Of a stretch of DNA of 64,000 bases, positions 38,000-50,268 are shown piece by piece; positions within the stretch are counted from its first letter, which is position 1; the number at the start of each line of letters is the position of its first letter. The position numbers were made by a program, and so were the translations under genes. Origin of the DNA: Octopus vulgaris. Taxonomy: Eukaryota. The notes beneath the pieces were generated by a model. That model saw nothing but the letters and a program-made list of their open reading frames with translations, did no database searches and was not told where the DNA came from. Location of the stretch: the NCBI GenBank assembly GCA_951406725.2, contig OX597814.1, positions 29,574,001-29,638,000 on the forward strand. Reading direction: 5' to 3'.

Positions 38000-39683
38000 G
38001 TATATATATGTATGTGTGTGTATGGTATATATATTGCATTTCATGAAATGAAATCAATATTTTGGGTCATCCAATGCTCAAGAAATACAGGAACACATAT
38101 CAACCAATAAGTAGTTGTTTTTTTTTCTTTAATTCTTTTATTCTTCAACTCTTCAGGTGGAAAAAAAATTTTTTGTAGTAAATAAAGGAAAATATGGGAC
38201 TTTTTTTTTTTTTTTTTTTTTTTGATGAGAAAGAACCTTATATGGTTATTTAATTCCATTTAATATAAATTATGAAATTGAAGAAAACTGAATTGTTTCT
38301 TCACCAAATGTATGCAAAGGAGAATCTGAATGTCTTAAATAAAAGTAAATGGAAAATTTTTTTCTTTCACTTATTGTGTAGTATTCATCTTTTCTTTGAT
38401 GCTGGAACCCAATGCCTTGTTTGGCACTGCCAAATGAAATGATGAAATGAAATGAAATATTGAAAAAAAATAAGCAGATTTTTACAATTAATATTGGTCT
38501 GAATTTCCAATTAGTTAAATGGCAGATTTTTTTTAGCATTGAAACTAACTTTATCTTAGTTAGTCTTATTGTTGCTTTAATGTTGATTTAATTTACCTAT
38601 TTTTGAATAATAACTGGGCAAACGGCCTTATCTGACATTAAGTGTAAAATGCATTAAAAAATAATGGTAAACACTCAGATTTAAAACCTCTGGTTTTTCA
38701 GAGAATAATGAAGCAAATATAACATTGCTATTAGTCTAATGAAGGAATAAATATCTAAGAGAAATGTCAGTTACTAAGACAATTCTTACTAAGACCAGTC
38801 TTGTGCGTATAAGTAGGTGTACACACATACTTTTTTGCTATGGAAATTCTCATGGAATTACATTTTGAGGAACCATTTGGAGTTTATTTAGAAGGAAAAC
38901 AAATACTAAGTGTTATCTCAGGGTATTGATGGAAATAAGATTTTTTTAAAAAACCCATTACAGTAAAATGGCAAATTATCTTTTAAAAGTGGTGAGAGGT
39001 GTAGAAAGAAGCTTTCTGTTCTCAATCTGGAGTTATTGATAACATTTTATTTGTGAGTTGTATTTGTTTGATAAAAAGAGAATATGACTACTTTGTGTGT
39101 TCAGGCTTTCTTAAACCCAGTAACAGTATAAATGCATTAAAACAGCTTGAAGCAGATAACTGAAACTAAATTAGAAGTCAGGCTTGCTGCTGGAAGCATT
39201 TGTCTACTTTGTGGTACTCACCAATTAGTGTTATTACTTGAAATAATAAAAGTGGACATGTTTATAGCCAACTACTGATAATATGTAGTTCTGGCTAAAA
39301 GGCACTAATTTCTACGAGTAAAGAATTCTCTTGAAACTAATAGAGTGATAAATATTTGATCTTATTATCTTATATTGAAATTACATTAAACAGAAAAGTC
39401 ATTTTGATTTACTAGTGTTTAAGTTCTCTAATAGGAGTTTTAGAATAGATCTAACACTAATATTTATTACTTTTCTCAAGAGATAAAGTATTCCAAATTA
39501 TATTCATAGAATTGTTAATGTTGAATACCTAGATATTGTCTAAGTGAAATTATATACTGTGTGTGTTCTACAATAGCTTCACTAATGATAGATGTAAAAA
39601 TTGATTTTGTTTTTAAATTTTGCTTTTTTTATCTTTGAAGTAATTGACAATTTTTACTGCTTAGGATTCTTGTTCACTGTAGT

Positions 39684-39902
39684 TCAAAGTTTAGAGACAG
39701 GAGGTTCTTGTTGTAAAAGGTGATATATGTCAGTAAGGCTCTGATGGATTGAATTTGTCATTTTCTTTGAACATGTATCTGGACTTGTATTGAGTGCTGA
39801 CACAGCAATTAGAATATGAGATTTTTGGCAGTTATAGCATATACCAAAGCCATCTGGTGCTGTAGGCCCAAAGTTCATAGAACAGTTATATTTACTTGAA
39901 AC
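39684..39902 (-). CDS. CRAT: Carnitine O-acetyltransferase last coding exon (219 nt), ends in PTS1 SKL
   Basis: Minus-strand acceptor ttcattcccag|GTT. Translates VSSKYNCSMNFGPTAPDGFGICYNCQKSHILIAVSALNTSPDTCSKKMTNSIHQSLTDIYHLLQQEPPVSKL*; FGP..PDG.G.CYN is a carnitine/choline acyltransferase signature. Confidence 0.96.
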   Translation of the reverse strand, partial: VSSKYNCSMNFGPTAPDGFGICYNCQKSHILIAVSALNTSPDTCSKKMTNSIHQSLTDIYHLLQQEPPVSKL

Positions 39903-40181
39903 CTGGGAATGAAATAAATATATATATATGTAACAGAAACATTTAGTAAGGGAATATTTCTCTTATATGAAATAGTTTCTTTAAAGCTTTATTAATAAAT
40001 CAAAATTGAAAAAGCAACTCTACCAATTTTTTTGCCACCAATCATACCAAGAATAATTGAAAGATGTTGAACCCACTGCTAGTTTAATTACCATTCCACT
40101 TAAAATCAAGTCGATCCAAGAATGATTTTGAACCAGAGTAGTGAGGAAGCAAATTAAACTATTCTAATCTCTAATGTTTCC

Positions 40182-40416
40182 TATTTCTTTATTGCCCACA
40201 AGGGGCTAAACATAGAGGGGACAAACAAGAACAGACAAAGGGATTAAGTCAATTACATCAACCCCAGTGTGTAACTGGTACTTGATTTATCGATCCTGAA
40301 AAGATGAAAGGCAAAGTCGACCTCGGCGGAATTTGAACTCAGAACGTAACGGCAGACAAAATACCACTAAGCATTTCGCCCGGCATGCTAACGTTTCTGC
40401 TAGCTCGCCGCCTTAT
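40182..40416 (-). mobile_element. SINE family B
   Basis: Full-length reverse copy; TGTTTCC on both flanks. Confidence 0.82.
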
Positions 40417-40969
40417 TGTTTCCATTAACTCTGCATCTCTAAAGCAAGATAAAATCAGTGCAATGCTTGCACACCTTCTAAACATAGGCTCACTTGCCTT
40501 TCCTCCACCTGTCAACTCCTAAGCCTCCACATTAAGCACCTAACCCATGCTTTTCTTCTCAGCAGTCCTGAGAAGATAGCACAGAATAAAGTTTTATTTT
40601 CTCAGGACTGCAATCCTCTGGAATTTCTTTTATGCTTATGCTCTTCCAGCGAAACATTGATTCACAGAACATCAGTCTCACCAGTCTGAGAAGGACTTCA
40701 AAGGCTATGGGCACACATCTTCCTCTTCTGACAGACTGTCAAACAGAAGTCCATGGGAACATCCTATTAGTGGCAGGTGCATATATTCATTCCACAAAAT
40801 ATATAGGTAGTGCCTTATCTAGTATTGACCTGTGAGCATTAAGATCATCTTGACAGAAAAAAAACTCTGACAAGTTATGAAAAGGCCTTTACTTAATTAC
40901 CATGGAAAATATACAAAAATAGAAAAGAAATGATGGAAAGGATTCAATGAAAAATACACGAAAGTTTAC

Positions 40970-41107
40970 CTGGCTACTTGAGATCTTGTGATGCACACTT
41001 GTTGCATAAGCAGTGTCCATGAACAGATTTGGTATGTTCATTCCTTTCTCAATAGCTATAAGCTTTAATCCAAGAAGATGTCTGTCAATTGCTTGACCAC
41101 TTATAGC
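40970..41107 (-). CDS. CRAT: Carnitine O-acetyltransferase internal exon (138 nt)
   Basis: ttgcag|GCT...CAG|gtaaac. Translates AISGQAIDRHLLGLKLIAIEKGMNIPNLFMDTAYATSVHHKISSSQ, with the DRHLLGL motif. Confidence 0.96.
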
Positions 41108-41722
41108 CTGCAAATGAGAGAAAAACAATGGCAATAGACATTTTAAAATTCTATAAAATATGATTGTCATTAAGTGTGCTGACTGAATAGAAGTTTTGTA
41201 TAGAAAACAATTGAGACTGGTAACATAACTTGGTTCTTAACATGGATCAAAAGTAGGTACCGCTCCTCTTTTGTAGTTGGTCAACAGCTTTCATCCTTAC
41301 AGTGAATACATTATAGACACAATAGTTGTGAGGCTAAGGGGACTGGACTACTGACCACATGCACATGAGTTCAGGACATATTACCATTAAACTGTGATAC
41401 TCATCAGCAAAGGACTGTAGCATGCAATATGAAGGAAATTTGGCTACTATTTCTTGCAGGTCAAGTAAACATGTAGAGCTTCCTTGTGGCACTAAAAGAT
41501 ATATACATATATATATATATATATATTTATTTATTTATTATATAATATAGGCAATGAGATGGACTGAAAAGTTTGAGTGATGAGGGCAGTGGCATTGCAA
41601 ATGGAAATTAGGTGGGTCCTATAATAGGGAGCAACAACATAAAGGAGTGATGGGGTGTAGAAAAGGAAAGGTACAGTGGCATCCTTAGTTACACTGACTA
41701 GAAGCAATGTCAGACAAACAGA

Positions 41723-41754
<32 letters not shown>

Positions 41755-41910
41755 AAAGAGAGTAAAGAAAGAAAGAAAAAATAAAATGGAGGTAGAGAAT
41801 AAGTAACAAAATGGTAAACAATTATTTTCATCTCAAATTTAAATCTTTCCTATACGATGTGTAAAATAATATAAACTTAATCGTCAAACAGATAACAAAG
41901 TTGAACTTAC

Positions 41911-42109
41911 ATCATTTATAAGGTTTTTGTGAGTTTGAATAGCTTGATGGAGGAACTGTAGCTTTTCATTGACTGGCACCCCAGTGTCATCCATGGCACG
42001 AGTGAACAAGTAGGAAGGAACAGTACAGGAGCGTATTGTGTCAGTTCGACCCAATTTGAAACGACGTGTTGATCCACTTTCATATGTGGCACATGGTTCA
42101 GAATATACC
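41911..42109 (-). CDS. CRAT: Carnitine O-acetyltransferase internal exon (199 nt)
   Basis: ttttcattag|G...GAT|gtaagt. Translates VYSEPCATYESGSTRRFKLGRTDTIRSCTVPSYLFTRAMDDTGVPVNEKLQFLHQAIQTHKNLIND, with the TYES and GRTDTIRS motifs. Confidence 0.96.
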
Positions 42110-42337
42110 CTAATGAAAACAAGATTACTGGATGATATATAACAACCAAGCAACATTACATTAAAAAACTAAAGGTATATATATATATATTTTATAATTA
42201 TACTCATAATTATAAAAAATATTGTTTAAGTTTACCGAAAATGGTCCTTTCAACATGCCGAATACTACTTGGAATTATTAATTATTAATTAATTTCACCC
42301 TGTATTATTATTGATTATATATATATATATATATATA

Positions 42338-42717
42338 TCTTTATATATAAAACAGAGTGCTGTCTGTCTCCTACAATTTAGATTCCTAACTACTCCCACA
42401 TTTTGCGGTGCAGTTTAACCAAAACTGGGTATCTTATAGTCGTGATTCATATCGAGCCCTTCTGGGTAATAGCGCGCGTCTACGATTTAAAAAAAATTTA
42501 CCATCAATTTTTCCCATTTTTAATGCATTTTTTGCATATATAAGGGAAGTAACTCTCTAAAAATTTATTATTAAATCTCAGAACATAAAAAGCTACAGTA
42601 GCACCCACCATCCTTTGTGGTTAGCCATATTGAGATGGCTATTATACTTTACATCTCTAAAAATGCTTATATAGTTATTTCCCTTACAAACCCGAGCAAC
42701 GCCGGGCGATACTGCTT
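42338..42717 (+). mobile_element. Non-autonomous Helitron (same family, variant interior)
   Basis: Same 5' end, and 3' hairpin CCCGAGCAACGCCGGG; inserted in (TA)n. Confidence 0.7.
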
Positions 42718-42762
42718 ATATATATATATATCTGATGCTGATTTCTAATTATAAAATGAACA

Positions 42763-43178
42763 TGTGGAAGGGGTAGACCTAGGAAGACGTGAAACAAAGT
42801 GGTGAGAAAGGATCAACAGGATTGGAACGCACAGAGTGGGTAACAGAGGACTGAGACTCCTGGTGGTTTGCAGTGCTTGAAGAGACACATCAAGCTAGGT
42901 AAAAGTATGGTTGTCCTTGCATACAGGCTCATTCCCTGCAACCCACTCCAGCTGAGCATCCCTAATCTTGTGGGCTCGTAAGTGCTGGTGCCACATAAAA
43001 AGCACCTGGTACACTCTGTAAAGTGGTTGGCATTAGGAATGGGCAATCCAGCCGTAGAAACCATGCCAAAACAGACATGGAGCCTGAGCAGCCCTTCAGC
43101 TGGTAAGCTCCTGTCAAACTGTCCAACCCATGCCAGCATAGAAAACGAATATTAAACAATGACGATAACGATAATGAT
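42763..43178 (+). mobile_element. RTE LINE 3' end (coding tail plus 3' UTR, family C)
   Basis: GRGRPRKT...VVRKD...WWFAVLEET followed by the family C tail; a reverse tail fragment abuts at 43179-43278. Confidence 0.72.
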
Positions 43179-43756
43179 CATCATCATCATCATCTAACAG
43201 CTGTTTTCCATGTTGGCATGCGTTGGATGATTTAACAGGAGCTGGCTTGGCAGAAAACTGTATCAGGTTTCACTGTCTTTATATATATATTAGTTTCAAA
43301 ATGTGACCGCGTGTGTACCGTTGGCGATTTTTTTCCTCTGTCTTCCCTTCTCTGGATCTTTCCTTCTCCTATGTTTCCTGAGCGTCCAATAATACTATAG
43401 TTGTTGTGTTTTCTCTTTGTGTTTTCATGTTTGGATTAACTATATATATTAGTAGTTATTTTGTTGTACCATTTTATCTGAAGAAGTCTTGTATTTTAAG
43501 ATCTAATCTCAAACTACTTCTCAAGTTTTTTCTAACAAACACTGCCTTTCACCTACTGAACTACTGCAGAATTTACAACCCATTTTTTCTATAAAATGCA
43601 TCATATTATACACATTCATTATTTTTTCTTTTTTGTCTTTTCACATTGACTAATGTTTATTTGTCGACTTTCTTGTACTCAGTCTATCTCAATGTTTACG
43701 TTGAAATTGCAGAATGCACATATATGAACATGAGCAAATACACAAAAATTACTCAC

Positions 43757-43879
43757 CGATAATAAGCTAATTGCAATGCTATCTGAACAAGTGCATCTGG
43801 ACTTAGCTTCATAGATTTTGCAAATTCTTTACCAAACCTTGTGTAATCTGTGATGGTCAAATCAACATCACCTATCAGG
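43757..43879 (-). CDS. CRAT: Carnitine O-acetyltransferase internal exon (123 nt)
   Basis: ttttaatttag|C...TATCG|gtgagt. Translates LIGDVDLTITDYTRFGKEFAKSMKLSPDALVQIALQLAYY(R), with the FGK..K..KLSPDA..Q.ALQLAYYR motif. Not present in the ORF track. Confidence 0.96.
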
Positions 43880-44504
43880 CTAAATTAAAACAAAGAATCA
43901 GATTTTCAATTAATATTGCAAGTCTATGAATTTTTTTTGTTTTTCATTAGAATACAAACCCAAAAAGCAAAACAATGGGTAAAATAAATAGAAATAAAAT
44001 AATGTAGACAAGAAACGTATATATTTTTTTAAATCATGGTTTGGATATTGTTGGCACAATTTGAGAATTCTGACATGATTTGAATGATGCTAGGATGGTT
44101 TCAATAGTCATATCTCTTTGCTGAATGTGATGGATGGGTTGGATAGTTCTTCAAATCTAGATACTTGTATGAATATTTACAAATTGGTAGGTGGTAGAAT
44201 TAGTAGAGCATGTAGTATTTAGCTCCATCTCTTTGTGTTCAGATTCTGCTGAGGTCAACTTTGCCTTTCATCATATAAATACCAGACAAGTATTGGAACC
44301 AATTTAACTGACTTCATCTTAACTTGAAATTTATCGTTTTGTATCTGTATAAAACAAACTGATCACTGCTTTTATCATTGCTGATGGGATTGGCAGAGTT
44401 AGAGCATCAGATAAAATGCTTCACGGTATTTCTTTTGAAACCCAGTATTCTGTATTCAAATTCCAGTGAGGGCAACCTTGCCTATCATCTTCTTGAATAG
44501 GTCA

Positions 44505-44925
44505 AAAACACAAGGCCCAAAATTTGGGGGGGGGGGGGTGCAGTTTATTACATTGACCCCAGTATGCAACTGGTACTTAATTTATCGACCCTGAAAGGAT
44601 GAAAGGCAAAGTCGACCTCAGTGGAATTTGAACTCAGAACGTAAAGACAGACAAAATACCGCTAAGCATTTCATCCGGCATGCTAACGTCTTTTATTTTT
44701 TTACTGCCCACAAGGGGCTACACACAGAGGGGATAAACAAGGACAGACGAACCGATTAAGTCGATTATATCGACCCCAGTGCATAACTGGTACTTATTTA
44801 ATCAACCCCAAAAGGATGAAAGGCAAAGTCGACCTCGGCGGAATTTGAACTCAGAACGTAGCGACAGACAAAATACCGCTAAGCATTTCATCCAGCATGC
44901 TAACGTTTCTGCCGCTCACTGCCTG
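44505..44925 (-). mobile_element. Two adjacent family B SINE copies
   Basis: Reverse copies at ~44505-44690 and ~44695-44925; diverged forward copies lie just upstream (~44190-44495). Confidence 0.78.
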
Positions 44926-45145
44926 TAAGAATGTCAGATCAGATGCCTTGCAGCATTTGTCTCGATTCTTTGCCATTTCCTTTAGATTCAGCATGAAAAA
45001 ATGCTTCTAGACAAATAAGATGTGGCTGATATCCAACTTGAAAATCTTCAGCAATAAAACATTCTGTTCCAGGCACATAGCAAGACACCAGCAGAAGATT
45101 TGCATTTATGACAAGTACTCCTTGATAATAATAATAATAATAATA

Positions 45146-45502
45146 ATCATCATCATCATCATTTAGCGTCCGTTTTCCATGCTAGCATGGGTTGGACGGT
45201 TCAACTGGGGTCTGTGAAGCCGGAAGGCTGCATCAGGCCCAGTCAGATCTGGCAGTGTTTCTACAGCTGGATGCCCTTCCTAATGCCAACCACTCCGTGA
45301 GTGTAGTGGGTGCTTTTTACATGCCACCCGCACAGGTGCCAGGCGGAGTTGGCAAACGGCCACGAACGGATGGTGCTTTTACATGCCACCGGCACGGGGG
45401 CCAGGCAAGACTGGCAACGGACACGAACGGATGGTGCTTTTACGTGCCACCGGCACGGGGGCCAGGCGAGGCTGGCAACGAACACGAGCGGATGGTGCTT
45501 TT
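45146..45502 (-). mobile_element. Family C repeat
   Basis: Reverse copy with three tandem units. Confidence 0.8.
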
Positions 45503-45507
45503 AATAA

Positions 45508-45717
45508 ATCCTTTCTACTATAAGCACAAGGCCTGAAATTTGATGGGAGGAGACTAGTCAATAACATCGACTCCAGTGTTTCACTGGTACTTAATTTATC
45601 AACCCCAAAAGGATGAAAGGCGAAGTCAACCTCGGTAGAATTTGAACTCAGAATGTAAGGACTGACAAAATACAGCTAGGCATTTCGGCCAGTGTGCTAA
45701 CAATTCTGCCAGCTCGC
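45508..45717 (-). mobile_element. SINE family B (short-tail type)
   Basis: Reverse copy. Similar copies at ~31408-31617 (+), ~50525-50665 (-) and ~53505-53670 (-). Confidence 0.75.
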
Positions 45718-46177
45718 ATAATGATAATAATAATAAGCTTATTGTATACAGCACTTAGATGCCATACAATTCATCAGAAAAGGGTAAGTGATGGGGACAG
45801 AAAGCAGCAATCAGTAAAGAAAGATAGTAATTCCTTGTACTATAGGCACAAGGTCTGAAATTTTGGTGAAGGAAGTTAGTCGATCACTTCAACCTCAGTG
45901 GAATTTGAACACTAAATGTAAAAACAGAAGAAATGTAAAACTATTCTGCCAGCTTGATGCCTTAAAGAGAGTCAGTGATAAAAGCCAAAAGTGCATGCAG
46001 GGAACACAGAACAAAGTAAAATAAGACAGAGCTGGACAGAGGAAAGGTTGTCAGACATATCAGGATTAATGGCACCAAAATTTGGGAAGCATAGAATTCT
46101 TCCACACACACCTGCTGTGTACTGAGTTATTAAGAAACAGTTAAATTTCTTCACATAGCAGTTGGGTGGAAGATTAA

Positions 46178-47211
46178 CCCTTTTGTTACCAAACCGCCCA
46201 AAGCCGCCCGAAAAAATTTTGGTTAATGTGACCAAACTGCCCAAACCTGCCCGTATTTACCTATTCATATTTAAATGAGAATATCAGAGCAAATCTCTTT
46301 GGTACATTCGTGAAAACACGTATTATACTTCGTAAACAGTTCATCTACAGTTCTGTACAATAATCGAAGTGTAATTTTAATTCCGTGAATTTTGGGAGAT
46401 TTTTTTCCGAAATTTGTTCCTATTGTGTTTTCAAAATTTGTAATTCTGACAAAAAATGGATACGAATTTCATTATATCAAGCAGCGAGTCAGAATTTGAA
46501 GGATTTTCTACTGAAGACCTTGATAAATCTAACTCTATGACTGAAAAAAAAAAGCACGTGGTATTTGATAATGAATCTGATGTTTCATTTTCCGAAACAC
46601 CTGAATGGAGTGAAAATTTAAAAACTGTTTCTTTCGGTGATTTTTCTGAAGAAACTGGACCAAGCCACAGACTTTCCCAGGAGAGTAAAGCCTTAGACTA
46701 TTTCTTTATACTTTTTCGAATGAGCCTATTTGAAATCATTACGGCGGAAACGAACTGGTACGCTAAATGTAAACAAAGCGAAAGAAAGGATAGTTAATGG
46801 TTTCCCACAACCTTAAATGAAATTAAGACTATTTTGCCATAAATATTATTATAGGTATCAGAAAGTTACCCAGAATAACAAATTCTATCGTAAAATTTTG
46901 TTGTATACCCAATTGAATATTAGCTAATAACCCATTTTCTATAGCGATGTTTGAACAAAATTTTAATAATTTTATATTTTGTTGAATTTACCTGTATCTA
47001 CATGCAATTAGAGTCACTTTGTGACAAAAATTATAGTATAGAATTGGTTGAGAACATTTCATTAAATTATCTTCCAAAAATCAGATTAATATATTGATAA
47101 ATAAAAAAGTTATAGTTGTTTAATGAAACCAGACTAAATTTATGATTATGTTAGAAATTAATTGAAACACATAAGGGGTGTATTTTGGTCAGAAATATAG
47201 TAACGAAAGGG
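46178..47211 (+). mobile_element. Internally deleted piggyBac transposon
   Basis: TTAA at both ends (46174-46177, 47212-47215); TIRs CCCTTTTGTTAC / GTAACGAAAGGG. ORF 46456-46797 has the acidic N-terminus and LDYFF.LF...I..ETN.YA pattern of piggyBac/PGBD transposases, then stops and frameshifts. Confidence 0.88.
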
Positions 47212-47260
47212 TTAAAGTGTCAAAAAAAAAAAAATTAAAAACAAAGCTGTATTTACTTAC

Positions 47261-47380
47261 GAATCGATATTTTCTTTAGCAGTTTCAATGGCTGACTGGA
47301 TATCATGCCCAATATTAAATTTCAATTTAACAGGCTCTTGAACTCCTGCAGCAGGAAGCACAATATTTTTTTTTTGCAAG
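47261..47380 (-). CDS. CRAT: Carnitine O-acetyltransferase internal exon (120 nt)
   Basis: tttattttag|C...GATTC|gtaagt. Translates LQKKNIVLPAAGVQEPVKLKFNIGHDIQSAIETAKENID; P.KL.FNI...I...IE.AK matches CRAT and phases fit both neighbours. Confidence 0.9.
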
Positions 47381-47799
47381 CTAAAATAAAAAGAAATTTT
47401 ATAAAATATTATGACACAAGAAAACAAAACAACACAATTTTTCTGACATTATGTTTTGTTTTTATATATATTTTTAATCAACAAAGCAGCAAATTCAAGA
47501 TATCAAAAACTACCCAATCTAGCTCTTTATTGCATGCATTAGAGAGCCAAATATGCAGGCCTTGAGCCAACAGGCTCATGAAAGCAGAGCTTATCTACAC
47601 TTTCAAGATGAGAGTGCAAGATACTCCCCTACTCCTGAACAGGACAACAGTCAATCTCAGTGTTAACCCCCAAGTGCCAACGATATTCCTTTTCAGCTGA
47701 GAGTACTGGAGCAATGTAAAATGGAAGTGTTTTGCTCAAGTAGACAACATATTGCCCAGCCTGAGAACTGAACCCACAATCTTCTTGAGACAGCATTCA

Positions 47800-48240
47800 C
47801 CCGGGATGGGTTGAGCTGGCTTCATTCATCCTCAATGTTGCATCTCACAAACGCCGACTAGGCCTGGCGATTTGAGGCTAATGACCGCATGATCTCCAAC
47901 CACTCCTTATTCCAGTGGCGAACGCCGTAGATATGGGGGCCTAGGTTGGGTTCCAGATCAGCCTTGACTGTCATCAGCCAGGTTTTTCATTGTCCACCAC
48001 ATCACTTTTGCCAACCCTGAAGGGGAGCTGGAGCAATTGCTTCATAGATGAATTCTCCTGGTTGACGACAGAGGGCATAACCCAGCCAACACTGACGTCT
48101 CGTTAGGATGACTTATCAGAGGGAGGTGATTTTGCACTGGTGTCGCATTGAATTGTTGGAGTCAAAGTGATGCCATTGGACACGAAGGATGCGGCGTAGA
48201 CAGAGGTGATCTAACAATTGAGAGTCCAATATCCTAACTA
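47800..48240 (-). mobile_element. Decayed RTE-like LINE 3' fragment
   Basis: Minus-strand peptides DHLCLRRILRVQW, WLGYAL and GGQ.KTWL.TVKADL. Confidence 0.6.
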
Positions 48241-49072
48241 TTAGACCATGTCCTTTCACATACACAGCAAATAAACATCAACAAATCAATTTAGTAATTA
48301 TTACTTCATTTCATCACAAGGATAGTAAAAAATGTCAAACAGTCTAAAAGCAGAATAAGGTTTGCCTGGCAAAACTGTGAGTCTTGGGGAGAACTCTTTA
48401 TTGAGAAAGAGATGTGAAACATTTTTCTCTTCTTCCTCATTTACAAACCAATGAATCCCACTTCCATTACTATAATCACCATTATTATTCAATGTCCCCT
48501 TTGCATGAGTCAGACAGAATTTGTTGAGGCAGATTTCCTACGGCTGGATGTCCTTCCTATCATCTACCCTCACCTATTTCCGAGCAAGGTAATATTTTCC
48601 CAGAGCCAGACACTTTTCAACAAAGACTAAAGACGAACTGAACTGCTGCATTTGTATGAAGGTGATGCTTGTTTACAACCATCATGTCATGCCTAGACAA
48701 GGGTACACACTAATACACACATACATGTGTACAAACACAAACACACATATATAAATGGAGGGCTAAAGGAGAAGACACTTGCTCAAAGTGCCATGCAACA
48801 GGTCTGAATCCGAAACCACACAGCCATACCTGTGCCTAAAAGATGAAAGGCAAAGTTAGCTACAGTGACATTTGAGCTTAGAGCACAGAGTGTGAAAACA
48901 AATACCACAGGGTATTCTAATGCTTTATACTTACTATCAATGACTATGTAAACTGGTATTAGTTTTCTTGGATTTTTACTGTTTATTTTATTCTATTTAG
49001 TTTGGTAATTAAATTCTAGTTACTTTTTACCCACTTCTGTAGCCAATATAAGTATCAATAATATACTATTGT

Positions 49073-49370
49073 GAAGGCGCATGGCTCAGTGGTTAGAGCA
49101 TCGAGCTTACAATCGTGAGGTTGTGAGCTCAAATCCCGGAGCAGGTTGCGTGTTGTGTTCTTGAGCATTTCATGTTGCTCCAGTTCACTCAGCTGTAAAA
49201 ATGAGTTGCGATGTCACAGGTGCCAAGCTGTATCGGTCTTTGCCTTTCCCTTGGATAACACTGGTGGCATGGAGAGGGGAGGTCGGTATGCATGGGCGAC
49301 TGCTGGTCTTCCATAAACAACCTTGCCCGGACTTGTGCCTGGAAATACCTAACTTTCTAGGTGCAATCCT
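49073..49370 (+). mobile_element. tRNA-derived SINE, family D
   Basis: Intact head GAAGGCGCATGGCTCAGTGGTTAGAGC. Confidence 0.8.
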
Positions 49371-49789
49371 AGTTTCAGTTTACTAGGAATTTATATTTTA
49401 TCACCATCATCATCATTTAACATCTGTTTTCCATGCTGGTATGAGTTTGAGGGTTTAACAGGATCCGATGAGCCACAGAACTGTGTCAGACCCCATTGTT
49501 AGCTTTGATAAGGTTTCTATGGTTGGATGTCATTCTTTATACCAACCGCTTTACAGAGTGTACTGGGTGCTTTTTTCATGACAACAGTGCTAGTGTAGTT
49601 GCCAAGTAACTTGCAAAAGAAAGCAAAGAAACAAAAAGTAAAAAACCACCGTGACTGAGTACGAGAGTATCTAAGAGAGGGCAGGTGGCTTCATGCCAGG
49701 TGTTGAAGGCTAAAATATGAAAGAGAGTCTACCCCATACTCTGCCATCCATATAAATGTGTATCAAAATAAGAGTAAGCATAACTTTGT

Positions 49790-49900
49790 GGTTCTGAGTT
49801 CAATCCTACCGCATAGTAACTTGAGCATGCATCTTCGAGAGACTTGGGCTCTCGAATATCTTGTAAGTGGAATTTGTGAGAGAGGAACTGTGCAGAAGCC

Positions 49901-49943
<43 letters not shown>

Positions 49944-50130
49944 GTTTGTTTATAGCAGCCTACAAAACTGCTGTTGTTTACATCCCAAAACTTAGCGGTT
50001 CAAAAAAATAAGAGATCAATAAAATAAGAACCAGAATGAAATAGGAAATGGTATCAACATGATTGGTTAAGCTCTTGAAAATGGCACCTCAACACAGTTG
50101 CAGTCCAATGACTGAAACTAATAAAAGAAT
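49790..50130 (+). mobile_element. tRNA-derived SINE, family A (diverged)
   Basis: Body with (TG)n and tail cagtccaatgactgaaac. Confidence 0.6.
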
Positions 50131-50167
50131 TAAAAAAAAAAAAAGAAACCAAACTCCCAATACATAC

Positions 50168-50268
50168 CAGAAATCAAGGGCATGATCTATAAGCGACACA
50201 AGAACAACGCCTTCCGCTGATGTATGTTCATAATTTAAACCACTAACTCCATCATGGCCAATGATTAT
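50168..50268 (-). CDS. CRAT: Carnitine O-acetyltransferase internal exon with catalytic histidine (101 nt)
   Basis: atttgtag|ATA...TTCTG|gtatgt. Translates IIIGHDGVSGLNYEHTSAEGVVLVSLIDHALDF; YEHxxxEG is the catalytic HxxxE motif. Confidence 0.96.

Noticed and set aside
39670-39690. Stop-codon readthrough in CRAT or DOLPP1
   Set aside because: The CRAT context is TGA ACT, not TGA CTA, and PTS1 is already terminal; DOLPP1 has TGA TAA in tandem.
47366-47375. A10 run in a CRAT exon as a frameshift site or assembly error
   Set aside because: The exon is 120 nt and keeps frame with both neighbours, and no downstream stimulatory structure is evident.
49073-49145. tRNA gene candidate (also the heads of families A, B and D)
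   Set aside because: A and B boxes are present but there is no complete cloverleaf, and the sequence continues into a SINE body.
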